Below are positions 36,211-51,198 of a DNA stretch of 64,000 nt, piece by piece. Source of the DNA: Ramazzottius varieornatus (Eukaryota; Animalia; Tardigrada); the NCBI GenBank assembly GCA_001949185.1, contig BDGG01000001.1:2869324-2933323 (forward strand), written 5' to 3'. Below the pieces are notes generated by a model. The model was not told the origin of the DNA, searched no databases, and worked only from the letters and a program-made list of their open reading frames with translations. A program made the translations under genes and the position numbers. Every line of letters begins with the position of its first letter. Positions within the stretch are counted from its first letter, which is position 1.

Positions 36211-39200
36211 ATGTCGTTTTTGTTGAACGGCTGGACAGCTATTGTTTTTCTCTGTGTGCTGTTTGGGCATCAGAGAGTCGAATCGGTTCGTGCAAAACTC
36301 AAGGATGACTTTCGTGTCACGTCTTTTCCCATGCTCATTATCTTCCGCTGTTTGTAGCAAAACCGACATGTGCTGCCCACTGGTTCCGAAAACCTTGCTG
36401 GGCTTTCTGGATTGTCCGGACTGGACGTGGGAATACTACGGGAAATTGCGGCAGCGTTGAATATTCCAGGTCTGTCACAATCGCCCACCGAATATGCACC
36501 ATCCGCCAACGTCAACCCTACTCAAGCTACCTACTACCAGTCAGCACCTCAAACCGGCACACAGACCGACACCATCATGTTTTCCGGAGGGATGGTCTCA
36601 CCATCATGTACCGGGAAGGGAGGGTTCTTCCCTGATTACACGCAGGGTTGTCGCGTATACTACCGGTGCTCACCCGATGGCAGAATGGCGCGGTTCGAAT
36701 GTCCACTGAATTACATCTTCTCGGAACAGCTGAAAAAGTGTGACGTCCCGGAAGTGGTAACGTGTGGTGTGAATAGTCAGAAGACCGTTCAGGCTCCGTT
36801 CGTCAACCACCAGAGCACTCATTCCGGAGGAGTCCCGCAAGCTTGGCCCACGCTGACGCACAACGAGAATGGCGGAGGGTTCTACGAAAGCCTTCTGGGA
36901 GCGGTTACTGAACGAGTCGAAGGCTTTGGTCACCCAGCCATTAAAATAATGGTACTGTTCTTCCATTTTGTCAGAACCTGAGTATTGTGGAAAGCAGAAA
37001 TGCTTCTTTGTAGGGAGACCCAAATGCGGCACTTGATATGGACCCAATGATCTGCTATGGTCGGCCGAACATGTACATTGCCGATCCCGATACGGGGTGC
37101 CGTGGATATATCAAATGTGCGGCATCGCCTGCTACCCCATTCCAGACTTTCATCTGTCCATCGGGAATGCGCTTCGATGTGAAGTCCGAACAGTGCCTAC
37201 CTCGGGGACAAGTACGCTGCGCCGACGTCGAGCCGTTGCTACCGGTGAGTCCAACCAATCTAAATTCTTAAGGCCAGCCTCATTCCGATCCACAGGTTGG
37301 TACGACAAACTGTTACCTGCTTGTTCACCGACGAAGTACAGTATTTAAAACTTCACGACCTTATTTATTTATCTGAGAGCTTTGCAGACAGTTCGGACAA
37401 GATCGTTCTCCCAAGTGGCGCACGATTTCAGCGTTGGTGGTCGGAAGTGTGCGCCACCTGGCAAACAATCTTGTCAAGTCTGCTCGCCTTGGTTCCACAT
37501 ATTACCACACAACTGTTTTATCATTTTCACTTTCAGCCTGGATTTGGACTGGCGGGTGTGGGTGCCGGTGCCGGCTTCGACATAGTTCCTCGTTCAGGAC
37601 TGGTGAACCCTCGTTTGACAACAATAGCAGCTGCCACGATGTCTCAATCAAAGCAAGTCGGTGGTCCATGTCACGGTAAAACGGGTTTCGTTCCCGATTA
37701 CCAGCAACAATGTCAGGTGAAACACATCATCCGTCTTATTCACTTCACTGTTGAATACCCAAGAATGATTAATTATTTTTGAAGGGGTTTACCATTTTAG
37801 GTCTATTTCTACTGCAATGCCGATGGAACTAGCCTGAACTTGACATGTCCAGCGGAAATGGTCTTCAATCCGGCCCTACAAAGCTGTGACTTCTTCCAAA
37901 CGGCACCTGAATGTCGTGCACCAATGCCCACTCCGCAAAAGATGAAACCGGTTGAGCAGGCTGCCGCTAAACCTCATGACCCATCTAAGACACTCGTGCT
38001 GACCATGACTAACGAACAACTGGCGCGAACTGTCACCTCGCCGCCAGTCCTACAGGTGGCGTCCTCCAAGAGATCGAACCCTGGCGTCGACGTCAAGTAC
38101 GCCCGAAAGACACCGTCTCTCCTCACCATGGAACATCCCAACGACGCAGTCCGACAAAGCCCATACGACCTCAGACCCAAGCTTTCGCCGCAGTCGAATC
38201 CGACTATGAACACTGCTTTCCTTGAAGGCTTTCTTACTCCCGATATGCTGCTCCCAATGCGCCCAGAAGGGCAAAGCAATAATATCAATACTGGCAAACC
38301 GGCCAAGAACAGGCCAGCAGTACTTCCGCTACATTCGGTACACTCGATGCAGCCGAAACATCCTGTTCCTATCCAGCCCGCAGTGGACAATGGTCCGCGC
38401 CGTCATTATCCTCCTGCTGCAGGCTCCACGGTACCTGCCACCATGTATGAAGTAGAGTGCGATGGAAGTCAGGGATACTTCATCGAACCAGAGTCTGGCT
38501 GCCGGTAAAAGGATCTGGATAGCATTGATAAATGTAGATAACATAAACGAATATTTCCACCACAGGATATTTCACTTCTGTCATCCTAACATGACGCTGG
38601 ACACCTACTCATGTCCACCAACAGAAGTCTTCGTAATCCGATTCAAGTCATGCGTACCTCAAGGTGCCGCCATCTGTATCGATCCGGTGTCTAACGACGC
38701 ACGGGATGCCATGCAGCGCGTATGGAGTTCTCCTGTGGCCCCAGCTGCTCCAGCCGGTCCCCAACTAACATCAACGGTACGTTTGAGAAGATTCTAAAGT
38801 TACTTCAAGGACCCCTTCTGGCTTACCTATCACCCACTGACCCTTTCACTGTTAACAGTAAACGGGAGGGCGGCAATAGAAATGTGCAAGATCGTTCTCT
38901 CTAGTGGCGCACTGTTCTGTTGATTGTGCCTGAAAGCGTGCGTCCCTTAAAGTAACGATGCAAGACGTTTCGCCGACTAAAACTTAATGATTGCAGTTCG
39001 CTGTGTAGACGGCGCCACTCTGGACCGGTTATGTAACGAACTCACTAATGGTTGCCACGTGCGCGTATGCCACGCAGTGTGGTCGCTGATCCTTATGGGA
39101 CACGCTAATTTTCCTTTCATCTCCCACTGAGTTGATTGTTGCAGGTACTTCCCCTTGATGTGTCGACAGGAGAGACGGGAGCTCAGTCGACCTCGGCGCC

Positions 39201-39408
39201 GACCCTGGAGTCGTTATGCGCAGCTGGAGTACCGGGCGCATTTGCCGATATGAGTTCCAACTGCGCCAAGTACATCGAATGTCAACCCGACGGGTCCTTC
39301 GTCGTTCACAGTTGCCCCATGAATTTGCGTTTTAATGCCAATCTCAAAGCCTGCGACTGGCCGCAGTACGTTAATCCGAGGTGTAACGAAATGAAAATGA
39401 GACGGTAG
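36211..39408 (+). CDS. Secreted peritrophin-like protein with 5 CBM14 domains; 'gene C'
   Basis: Exon 36211-36285 encodes MSFLLNGWTAIVFLCVLFGHQRVES (signal) and splices to 36358. CBM14 units at ~36607, 37050, 37668-37915, 38458-38680 and 39217-39385. P/T-rich spacers. Stop at 39406-39408. Confidence 0.85.
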
Positions 39409-42400
39409 TTGAGAACGACCGAGTCGCGACTTCATATGTTTATATATATCAGATTATCCAGGGCTGAAGGCCCAGGAGATACACTTGGTCTAATGGGAAG
39501 AGGTGTTGATTCTGAGGTATAACATAAGGAAAGCAAACAGGAAATTTGTATCGTTGAAAGCACCTGTTATTTACTCGGCTCCTCTGGGAGTGAAACTCAA
39601 ATGCCAGACTTCCGGACAGAACCCATGTCGATCGAATAAATCAATGAGAACTGTTGCAAGATCGACTGCAAGGTGCTCGGGACCCAGCACGGCTATGTCG
39701 GGTCGGGAGAAATCTGCCTGTGATGTGTAGAAGCTAGATTGGCCAAACTACTGCAGGGTTTTGTGACTCTTGTCGACGTAACTTCACATCCGGCAATAAT
39801 ACGACCTATCGCACAATTCGCCAAATTAAGTGACTGAGATAGGCAGTTTGAATACTACGGTGAAAAAAGAGGTGTGTGTTTGACCGGGTCAGGTATATAT
39901 TGGTACTTGATCGCTTCGTCAAATGATCAGCCGCGTTTCGAAATCCGACAGGAGTATTTTCTACATGTGACAGGCCAAGCTGTCTGATATCAAACAAGCA
40001 CATAGAGCTGTGATAAACAGAGACCTTAGGGAGCCAGCAAAGTGTGACCGGTTCCGCCCCGATGACAGCTGAGCCCCAAGAAAATTCAATCTATGATTTT
40101 TGAATTAAACCCATCCAGTGGGTAAATATCAGATGTCGAAGGAGGCAATCCGAGTCAATATATAAGTCGTTTGTCAGATCAAACGACAATAGATCTAGAT
40201 CCGGTGCAGACGGGCTTGACGAGATTCAAACGAAAGGCTCGGGATCGAACAGCTCAGACGACAGCGGGAAGTTCCCGTTTACAATGTCATGTCTGCGATC
40301 AATCAGGACTATTGAGTAAAGATGACCTTTTTGTGGCTGTTTTCTTTGTGTAAATTGGTTGTCACTATATTATGTTGCCAGCTAGGAGCAAAAAGGAGCC
40401 TGATAAAAGTACTTTGTAACAATGTCACACATTGTACGTCCGTCCCGCCTTTTCCTCCAGTTACACACTGTGTGTACTTTGCCGACGCGGGTGAAAAAAG
40501 GACGAGATGTTGTCAGCAGCTGGATCGTTCCGATGGATCGCAATGAAAAGGAGGTGAAATCACGGTGCTGGATCGGGTTGTTAAGCCTTTTCCTGTGTGA
40601 ACAATCCCTCTAATTCCTGGCAGCTTGTCTTCCCCTTTCCCATCATCAGAGCAAGTCGTCGTTTGGCAGTGGAAAGAGTGCTCTTGTGTGCGGTCTTTGC
40701 AATCAGAATGGGACGCGTGGTGCGTGCCGACAAAAGTTACAGCCGCCATTAGCCCGCATAGGCTTGCGATACTGACGTAAACGGTTTCCTGAACGCCCTC
40801 TTTGTAATGCCGTTGTACTTAGGATTCTTGCTGCCTGCATGGGATCACTACTGCTCCTTCCGTCTTACATGGGCAACAAGCCAGTCCGCGCATGTGACTC
40901 TCGTACAGGAAAGGGAATACTGTACCTCGCTTTACATCTCAGCCATCCGGCAGTCCATCGTTAGCGCGAAGTAAAAGATTTCTTTCTCGGCCAACGATCC
41001 CTTTACCAGTAATCATGATCTTGATTAACCTTTAACCCTATACTCGCCCAAACGAAACTTGCGCGACATCAACCCTGGCTTTGGAAAGCGAGATGACGGG
41101 ATTCTAAAGTGGATAAATATTTACTATCGTTCCGGACGTGCCCGAAGCCTTTTGCTGGAAAAAGTAAGCCCGGTTCTGTTTTATTATTAATACAAAATTG
41201 ATAAGAATTTCTACATTTTTGGTACCCGGATTATCTAGAACGGAAATTTCGTCGATCAAAATTTACTGTCGGGGAATTGGTAGTGTTTGTCTGAAGAATA
41301 TGGTACGACACGCCCATCAAGGTCGAACAGAACTGGCGCCGACAGAGATATTTGTCATCCTTGGTTCCAATTAGGCTTGACGCAATGTGAAATTATAGAC
41401 GAAATTACCACATGTTAAAATGTTAATTAGATAATAGACAAAATATTCCAGTCATTAGTTTACGACCACGCGCATACTGCGTTCAAGGCAACAGTTAATG
41501 ATTTGGCGGAATGCGCAGGAGAAAACCTAGCTCTGTGTTTGATGCTCTTCATAATTGGTGTCCTGTCGAAGGGCGTTATCGATGTGTTGCTTGAAGAAGC
41601 CCGTCGGAATTCCACAAATACGCTCGTCAAGTGTTGTGTTTGGCGGAGAACGCGAAACATCGGAAGCAGTTCTAAGAAGTGGTATAATTTTATATCATAC
41701 GGAATAGACAGTATCTGGGACGTCGACAAATGAATTAACAGGACTTTTCTTTCAAGTGGCGCAATCTTCCAGCCAGAAACGTTGAGACCATGTGGCCACA
41801 TGCCATAACTACCATTTTAAATCTTTTTGCCGACGTCCCATCTATATTTTATACTTTTGCTTTTCGCGAAGTTTGAACAGTGTTCGGGGCATTTGTCCGC
41901 GATTCGACAAGTGCATTAACCATCTTATATTGCGGTTGACATTCTTTTCAACGTTGTGTGCGAAAACAGACGCCTTTAAAGACAGCAACAAGGAATATCA
42001 TTTTGACGCGCCGTGTCAGAGGAGATGACTCTAAATTTGCGGATGTTACATGCACAGGCATCACAGATCTGCTATCTTTGTATATTTACATAGTTACAGT
42101 ACGTGTTGACGTGCCGACGACACATGTGTTTTCCATGTAAAGAGCGGCCAGCGCTATTGACGATGATACTAAACAAGTTACTTGTGGGGCAACGTGGAGA
42201 ACCCACTGCGCCAGGAAGATATGAGAGCGATTTGCTTCAAGACATTGTGGTGGCTCGCGGCAGTTGACTCTTATCGGGCAAATCTCTTTCTAATGTGCTT
42301 ACACGTCACTCGACGGTACACTGCTCGACAAGGGAAGGGGTCCGTAACGGCAAGTCATTACAATCTCCTGGGACTGCAATGCTTCAACACCGCTAAGTTT

Positions 42401-45400
42401 GTGGTTCTCTACGATTAGCTTGGCGAACTGCTCCGTTCCAAACTCCCATTATCAACATCATGACGCAATCGCCTCCAAGTAAGAGTAGGATTTCATGACA
42501 CAACAAAGCTTTCCTTTCATTCATGGGAATCTTCTTTGTCGGTGTGACGCCCCTAAAAATAATCGGAGAACCTGTTTGCTAGATCCGCATGGTACGACTG
42601 TACGTGAAAGGGAGGAAGAAAATAATTAGATTGTCTGAATATCTCAAAGACCGCGTAAAGAAAAGCCAATTTTGCATGTGTCAGTTTCAATCGCGCACAA
42701 AGGAAGTTGGACCAATGAAAGTTTTGACAATTTTGGCGTAAAGGCATGACCAAGGAATTTCTGCGGGTAATTTTTCGGAAGCCACAGTTTGAAGTGAAAT
42801 AAAAGTTTCGGGGTAATGGCAAAAACAGGTAGCTGAAATGGTTGACTGTCGAGAATGAAAGATTTATGTTGAGGTAATTGTTCTACAGGGAGCACGCGGA
42901 ACCATTTAGACCCTTAGTTGGGTTCTCGACGGGAAAAGTTTCGGCAATGGCCGGATGGGGTCATTAGCAAAGCAAAGAGCAAGGAAAGGGACCGTTATGG
43001 TAATGGGAGTGTGGTGGTTGGCGCTCTTACTAGGATGACTGGCTCTGTTTGCGCTGGCTGGCAGGTTACAGCTCTCCGTCTGCGGTATTACGCTGTAACT
43101 GTTGCAGTCACATTAAGACCCTCCCGGGCACTTCCGGTCATCATTTCTATTCAATCCATCCATCTCCATAATTAAAAGATGTCCTGTAGGCTAAAAACTG
43201 GCTTCGAATTCAAATTTGCCGGCGCACAAAGCATGGTCAACGCTGCGAGCATGAATAGGGGGACTTCTCCCTGCTCCACTTTAGTTCATCACGGGCCATT
43301 GTGCACTGTTTACTGTACAGATTCATTACACTTTCCCATGAGCTTCGAACCCCATCAAATCTTCCTCTATATTAAGGCCATATGTACTTGATGACAACAC
43401 ATGAGGCTCTATTGAATAAAGATTTGCCATCACGTGTCTTGACCCGCTATTCCTTCCTGGCGAGAAATGCATCGCTTAGGAGGTCGGCAGATACATATTA
43501 CAAGATAAGTGGGACACCCCTTAACAACGCCAAAAGTGCTCCGCTTGAATTAAAGGTCTTGAACCTTTCGTTGCCGTCCTCCCGCTTGATTTTGTCTTAC
43601 TAGACTATTGTGCTAGACTATTGTGTCCTCGAAGTAGAACTGATGGTCATACTCTGGTCTTCCTACAGGACAAAGACTTGGTTTCTGTCCCAGAGAACCA
43701 CTAGAAAGGGATAACCCTTCGACCTGGAGTTGGTTATCTGGTGAGATCATTTCTGTTCGAACAGAGCATTCAGCTCGCGGAAAGATCTAGGACACACAGC
43801 CGACTGCAACAAGGAGGAACACAATACACCATCAATCCAATTTTACAATATCATCTCTCTGTGGATCGAAATTCGAAGTTCCCTGGCTTTCTTCGCCGAT
43901 GGTCCGATAAATCAATGCATTTTGCCAGGTCCCTAGGCAGAAGCGGACAAAATTAAGAAAGGAACCCGGATAACCCTAATCTGCTTATTCCGAACAGTGT
44001 GTGTCAAGGATGATGCTGCATGTACCATGCCAGCATGATGCGTAATTGTACGGTTTCCAAAGATCTGTCAGGTACAATCAGCCATAGATTACTGGGCTCC
44101 CTGTTGAAGGGTGGCTATTTTTTACGCTTGAATGTAACCAGATAATGCAAAGATCTGACACTAGGTTGCAAAATCCCTTGTTCACTAACGCTTCCATGAT
44201 CATATTGACATGTGGGTTCCGCCTGCTCCTGTCGCAGATTCCACAACAAGCTGGATCCTTGTGACCGTCGGTTCGGGAGGCCGGCTGCCGGCAAACGATC
44301 TCCGGATGATCGTCATCTCGAGTGGCGCACACCTCAGGCCAATGACAAGGGGCACTGCGCGACTTGCGACAACGATCATTTCCATGTTGTTTACCGGCTT
44401 CTTATTATTTTATCCTTCATCCCCAGATGAAAAAAACCCTTGTGAGATACCGAATAGTAAGAAAATGTGAGTTCACGATAGCTATAAGCTCTGGAATTTG
44501 GAATATCAACTCTATTAGCGAGAGATCCTTGTCGGCTAAATGTTCCACCGTATCTTCACCAACGCCGTGAAGAGTCCTTCACTTTAATGGGCGTAGTTCT
44601 TGTTATCCACTCGTAGCACCATGACACATCCGCATCCGGCAACACGTCTTTGAGCAGGGTTAGGCTTCTTTTTCCACGTGATTCTCCCCCGCTACTGCGA
44701 CGTGGGTCCTTCATCGTCTACGCGAGACTACGACAACAGCTGCTTATAAATGCACATGTAACCTACTCATGCATAGGATCTCGATCAAAAAATATCATAG
44801 TATTTAGTAATGTACGGACAAGAGATTTTCATGTTGATGGGCGAATTAGTTACTCGACAGCGTTAAATAACGTAATCAAGCTGGACGTCACGATGTGCTT
44901 CCGTCAAACACAAGATATTTTCGTATCTTCCGCTGTTTACAGCTCGTGGCATGTCCACACCATGGACTCAGTGGTTTCCCCATACAGCAGAGTATAGCAT
45001 CGTAATTATTATCATCTTTAACCGCTTTGACCTCCATGTCAAGCTTCCGCAAGCCGATTTTGCTGAGAGACGCGGATGGCCACCAGGGAACGGGATATTT
45101 CCGCATTGCCAAAAAGGGTCATTAGCGTGTATTTGGAGTGTCCATATGGGTATATCTGATTGCGCGGGTCAGACACGTAGGGGATAGATCAATGCAATGG
45201 GCTTATTACAGCGCAGTACAGTCAACATGTACGGCCATTATTATTCCGCCGGTCGAAGGTCCCGATCGATATTCAGAGTTCATTAACAACGTTTCTGTCA
45301 AGAAGAAATATCCGGGGAGATCATGATTCCATATATCAAGTTCTAGGATGACTGCCTCTAAACAACCAACTGTATTCCGCAAAGTCTTGTACGTGACCTA

Positions 45401-45972
45401 TAAGCTAAAAACGACCGACTAGTGCGCTCTTTTGCTTTCGCGCAATCTTGCTGAAGGCCCAAGACGACATTGAAAGTGCCTTCGTTTGCGTGATTTACTG
45501 TGGGCGCTACAGTAATTATGGCGCCATTACTGTCCTGTTCTGTTATTTTGTTGCGTTGTGGAAAGAGACAAGTTCCGTGAAGACTTATATGCATCCGTTC
45601 TTTCGTTTAGTTCCTCCCAACGCCGTAGCCAGACTGGAGAACTGTTGCATCGTGACCTTGGCGTTGCATTAACGTGCTTTTGTGCCAGGAGGAGTGGCGA
45701 GTTATGTGGGAACCTTCTTTTCAATCAGCGCCGGATCTTTCGGAAATGCTGGATGTTAGCCAAGCGTCCAGTGTGATACACAGACATTAGCAAGCTGTCC
45801 TTCAAACTTGATCCGCTACTTCCTTCCCTGATGCGTCGCCACATCTTTTTGCCCATTGATCATTCCAAGACAGACTGTCTTCATCTCTCCATATTGAAGC
45901 CTGTCTTCATCTCTCCATTCAGCTTGAGTCGCCACATTCTTTGCGGAATCCCTCATTTGTTCTGACGTTTGA

Positions 45973-47533
45973 ATGGATGCATTAAATAGATCATCGCCTA
46001 CCTGCGTTACGTTGGATGAATGGCTGAACGATACCGAGAATGAAGGGTCGGAAAGGGCCGAAATCTTCTACCGCAACATGGTCAATTTTACGCAGATTCG
46101 GGACATCAAGTACTCCATACCGGTTTATGGTTACTTGACTCCTTGCCTGCTGGTAATCACCTTCTTCACCAACGCGTTCATGGTTGCGGTACTGTCGCGG
46201 CCCCATATGCGATCCCCAACCAATGTGATATTATGTGCTATGGCCATCTCGGACTGCGGGACGCTCGGGATCCCAGTCCCCATGTTCATCTACCAGTATA
46301 CGCTAGGGTACCACTCCCATCCGGTACCTTGCTACCTTGCCATGCTGGATCTGGTCACGACGGACATCTTGCCTACAATGTGCCATAGTGCCTCAATATG
46401 GTAAGGACAACCTGAGACTTGCATTCCACTTCCAAATTTCATCTTCCGAAGATGGTCCTATATTTCCTGTGTCACCGGTAGGAATGCTTCTCCTTCCTTC
46501 CTGGCTCAGCTTTGCCCGTTTTCTACGAATAAATCAAGCAGTGTGCGACGCTAATTTGCAGGCAATCTCGTAGACAAAAGGCGAAACGAAACTGGCGACC
46601 AGTGAACCTCCACCCGACTAAACCGAGGCTTCAGTTTTCGCATGTTTGTTGATGACCATATTTTTCTGCGGCAGGTTGACCTTGATGTTGGCGGTGCAGC
46701 GGTACCTTTACGTCTGTCACCCATCGAGAGCGCGGACCCTCTGCACAGTGCCCCGCGTAACGTTCGGCATCGCCGTCATCTACACGATCGCCATCAGCTA
46801 CAACCTTCCGCGGTTCTTCGAAGGTGTGTCCATCACCATTGACTATCCGTGGAACTGTGAGATACACAATCAGTGTGTGCGGATAGATGCTTACTGGGCC
46901 GATTGGTACTTGCCGGTGTATTACTGGTTCCGCGTCACATGCGTGAACGTCATACCTTGTCTTCTCCTGGTAGTGCTCAATGTCTTCTTGGTTGTTTCCC
47001 TTAATAAAGCGCAGGCCAACCGAAAACGTCTGTTCAGTGAAAGGAAACAGGAGTCTTCGAAGCAACGAGACTCCAACAACACAACCATGATGTTGATCGC
47101 CGTCGTCTTTGTCTTTTTGGCGGTGGAACTTCCCCTCGCTGGAATCACCCTAGTCTTCATCATACAAAATACGTGGAAGCTGAGCATTATCCACCCTCGC
47201 GAACTGGCCGTCATCATCACATTTTCCAATTTGTGTATCGCCTTGTCATACAGTATCTATTTCCCCATTTATTGTTCCATGTCCAGACAGTTTCGCGACA
47301 CTTTCAAAAGCCTGTTCCTGAAAGCAAAGCAATTTACACAGGAAACAGCCCGTAATGGCCGAGCCTCCAAGCGCCTCCGCAATTTGCATGGAAATAACGG
47401 CGAACCCACTGTTTTCGTCTCGACAGCCGCGACAAGCGACGACGACAGCGTAAGGACGAGAGTCGCCGTGGCCCAAGTATCAACAATGAGTATGGGCGAC
47501 GAGATGGATCGGGAAAACGAAACACTGCTTTGA
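45973..47533 (+). CDS. SPR: Class A neuropeptide GPCR, sex peptide receptor / myoinhibitory peptide receptor-like (428 aa, 2 exons)
   Basis: Exon 45973-46400, intron 46401-46674, exon 46675-47533. Motifs YGYLTP, VLSRPHMRSPTN, AMAISD, PTMCHSASIWLTLMLAVQRYLYVCH, YYWFRV, RDSNNTTMMLIAVV, FPIYCSMSRQFRDTFK. Confidence 0.9.
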
Positions 47534-47977
47534 GCTGTTCAAAACAACATCTGAATACCGTTCCACAAAACGAACGCTACCGGCTGTTGCTTTCTACTCT
47601 ATTCAAATTATGAACTAGCTTTTTACATTGTGCCGTCTACCCATTACCTGGATTCTGGAACAGCTCAAGCATCTTCGTGGAACATTTTATCCACTGAATG
47701 AAGCACGGTATGTTTATGCCTCACCGCATCTCGAAACGTCTATAATGTCTCGAGGAAGAGCTTTAACGAGCCATGCTGAAAGTAAACTCGTTGATTAGTC
47801 TAAGGTCCAGTCAGATTACGCAAATTAGTGATTTCAACGTCTCGAAAATTTCTGGATACGCTATAAAGACAATGATCACAGACAAAAACGGTAGAGTTAT
47901 GTTAAAGACGCGACGCGACCAAATTTTCATAGATTCGTCACGGTTCAGAGAGGTTGATGGAGTGCCCTTGAAGTCCT

Positions 47978-50391
47978 TCAGTATCCCAGACGCTCGTTCA
48001 AGCTCGTCCGTCCATCACCAGCTTGATCTGTACAATAAACACAACGGACGTACTGATATAACCAAGATGAAATATCGCAAACTGTCAATGACATCACTAA
48101 TCTGTTACGGAAGTAGCACCAAGTCATTTGGCTCATTCCCACCTTGTGGAGGGATCCACATGGCGTAATCAGGATCCGACGCGTCGTATTCCACGGTCGT
48201 CTTCGCCGGCGCCCTCTTCTTCTTTGGCTGAGACTGGATATATACCAAAAAAAATCTGCCCAACAGTAATCTACCTTTCTAAGCTGTCTCGGAAAAAGGT
48301 TTGCCTTTTTTGTACCGGTTGAATATACGGCTGTAGTAGCTGAGGGGACTCTTCCGGTTGGAACGCCACAACCTCTTTCGTCGGTTCATTCTTCGAGCCA
48401 GCTGGAATATTTTCAGTCACCGGAAAAGCTTTCTCTCGTTTCACCGGAGAAGGCTCCTCTTTGACCGGAGTAGGCTTTTCTTCCGCAGAAGGCTCCGCCT
48501 CTTCTTCTTCCTCTTCAGGAACGAACGGTCGTTTCAGTCCATGGTCATACACAGGCGCTGCTGAAGCTGGAATCGCTGGTACCTTCACTCTGCTGACCGG
48601 TGTTACTTCCGCTTTAGTCGACGGCCAGATCGTCGGACATATCGGAGGTAAGTCTAACGGTTTGGCAATATTAAGCATTCTAACCAACATACTTTCTTCT
48701 TGCTTCAGTTCTGTCAAGCGCTGCTTCAGCTTGATCCTCGTCTTCGAGTCCATGATGAGACCAGACTTGACGGCGTTCATGAAAGTGTCCAGATCGTCCA
48801 AGCTTCCGCCACCTATGCTGTCTATCTTATTCTTGTCAGCTTGCTGCAACTTTTGGCTGATTTCATCTACTTCCGCTTTGAGCAGTTCCATCTTCTTAGT
48901 CAAGCTATCGAAAGTTTCAGCAGCTTGAGTTTGCTTCCCGGACTTTCTTATTCTTTCTTTCCGTTTCCGTTCAACTGTACCGGTCCGATCCAGGTAAGTG
49001 TCCTCGTCCGAGTCGTAGAAATCCTCATCGGCCCAATTCTTTGCTTTATGTTTCTTCCCGATGCTTGTTGTACCTGTAAATCAAAATCATTCTGGGGCGC
49101 CTGACTCAGAAAAATTTTGAGACTGTCATCTCACAGCTGTTTATAACTGTGCAAGGTACGAGGAACAAGTCGGCTACGGCAAACAAGTCAGTCATCCACT
49201 GAAATTCGCCCATCTACATGGGTGACCGAGATACTGCCTATACCGCGAATCATCGCAACTGGCTTATTAGCCGTTCGGGATCGAAAATCGGTGAACTTAC
49301 CTTTTAACATGCCCTGTGAATGTAGAATTCGACATGCTTCAACGATCGCTTGAGCCAGCGCTTCCTTCTTCTTCCCGTTCGTCGTCGCTTCGGCCATGAT
49401 CTGTCGACCATTCGGTGTGTCGATAGGCAGAGGTATCCGGCAGTGGAACTGCCGTTTGTTACCATGACCGATCTCTTCTATATCATACTCCATATCCACT
49501 CCTTCACGCGTGAAGAAAGCTTTCAAGGCTTTCGCAGGGTCGTCCGCGTAGTATGAGATATCTTTGTCAGCTGTAGATATCGAGTCCAGGAAACCAATGT
49601 CCTTCTCCTCTTCTTCCTCCGTAGCGTCAGGACCGAAACCCCAGTCGACTCCATTGTCCTCTTCCTTCGGAGGTACTTTAGCTTCAGGTCTGCTGTTCCC
49701 TGTTACGGGAACAGACGTGTCTTCGTCATCTTCGGAAGGTCCTTGCACGATGTAAAGCCGCGTACTTTCTCCGAACTTGATCACATAGCCAACCTTCAGG
49801 GGAACGTATGTCTCGGGAGCAACTTTAATTTTATTCACCGACGTTCCATGTGTGCTGTGGAGATCGTACAGGTAACATCCATCCTACAAATTCGAAATAC
49901 TGTTATGATGAAGCTGCGTTAAGCACATATCGGTTTCAACTGTGGAGTGGATCAGTGTGTACCTGGGAGAGTAGGTTGTTCTGAGGGTTCGAACCGAACT
50001 GAAGGACAGCGTGAAAACGGGAACAAGACGGGTGTTCGACGTATATGTCGCACTGGCCTGGTAGGCGACCGACGACGAAGTGGGACTTTTCTTTCAGGCT
50101 GATGCTGTTAACCAGTGTTCCGTTCTTCACGACTTCGAGAACGTAGTCACCGGAAGCTGAAGTAGCCCAGGACGGCTCCGTGTAATTAAACGCGGGTGAT
50201 CGAGCCGGACTGTCTGAATGGCCACTGGCAGCTTTGTCAGTGGCATCGGTGGCTTTCCGGTGATCGGCGACTTGAGTAGAGGGTTGCTCTTCACAAGCAG
50301 AATGAAGGCTATCCATAAGCAACGGAGGTTTGAAGTCAGACGAAGAGGCGTCGTTAGGCGTCTCCTCGTGATTTGTAGTCCCGTCATCCAT
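47978..50391 (-). CDS. SLC4A1AP: Kanadaptin (FHA domain, dsRBD-like region, coiled coil), multi-exon
   Basis: YTEPSWA..YVLEVVKNG..VVGRL..CDIYVEHPSCSRFHAVLQF..YDLHSTHGT FHA domain. DPAKALKAFFTREG. Characteristic C-terminus DQAGDGRTSLNERLGY* (stop 47978-47980). Confidence 0.92.
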
Positions 50392-51198
50392 ATCTCCCTG
50401 TTGAATAATAAAACGGACAGAATCCCGTATAGTTGTACGTCGTGAGGATCGAGGGCTGATTTTGGAGCGTCAGGATCGCGATTTGGAAATTGATACTTGG
50501 GAGGGAAGAGCCGCAAGACTCTTGAGGTTCAAGCCTTTTGATCCATGATCCAGCGTTGATCTTCAACAATCAAGATTATCGCAAGATTGAATTTGCAGTC
50601 AACCTGAGCAGTGGTGAGCTGCACAATATGGCCTTGCTGGAGCGTGAAACACGGGTTTGAGCGGTTGATTGATTGGGTTCCGCTCACAAGTAGGCATGGC
50701 GATATGGCGTTGTACGTCATATCCACATGTCACACAGTATGTAATGTGATTTCATTCACATACGGAGAAACTCAAAACAAGTTTTTCGCTCAATCAAGAA
50801 ACGAGAACAACGGAAGAACAATGTTCGACTTAATTACATATAGACCACACGGACAACGGCAGTAAGTGACGAAAAGCTTGCTTGATTGGACATCGGGTTG
50901 ATTGGTGAATATGTCGTCTGAACTTACAGCGGGTGCGTTTGATTGACTGATCCACTCAACATCGTCTGGTTGGCCGCTGTCAGAATGATTGTTTTGGTTT
51001 TTGACTTCTCCACTCTCCAGTCTCCAGTTTCCGGCGGAAACTTATCGTCTTTTGAGTTTTGACAATTGACCTCTCTCCAGTCAGAGTTCCGTAAAGCTTT
51101 CCGCTGCATCTTGGACTTATCGGAGAGCATTGTTCACATCTCGCGGTCCACTACAGCTTCAAGTCATTCCACCTCACTCAGTCGTCCTAGAACGAAAG

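Noticed and set aside
41024-41428. Possible second TTAA-flanked element
   Set aside because: End similarity is limited to a few AT-rich bases and no internal inverted repeat was found.
45875-45919. Direct repeat ctgtcttcatctctccat x2 upstream of the GPCR
   Set aside because: Only two copies, consistent with local slippage. Not a CRISPR or satellite array.
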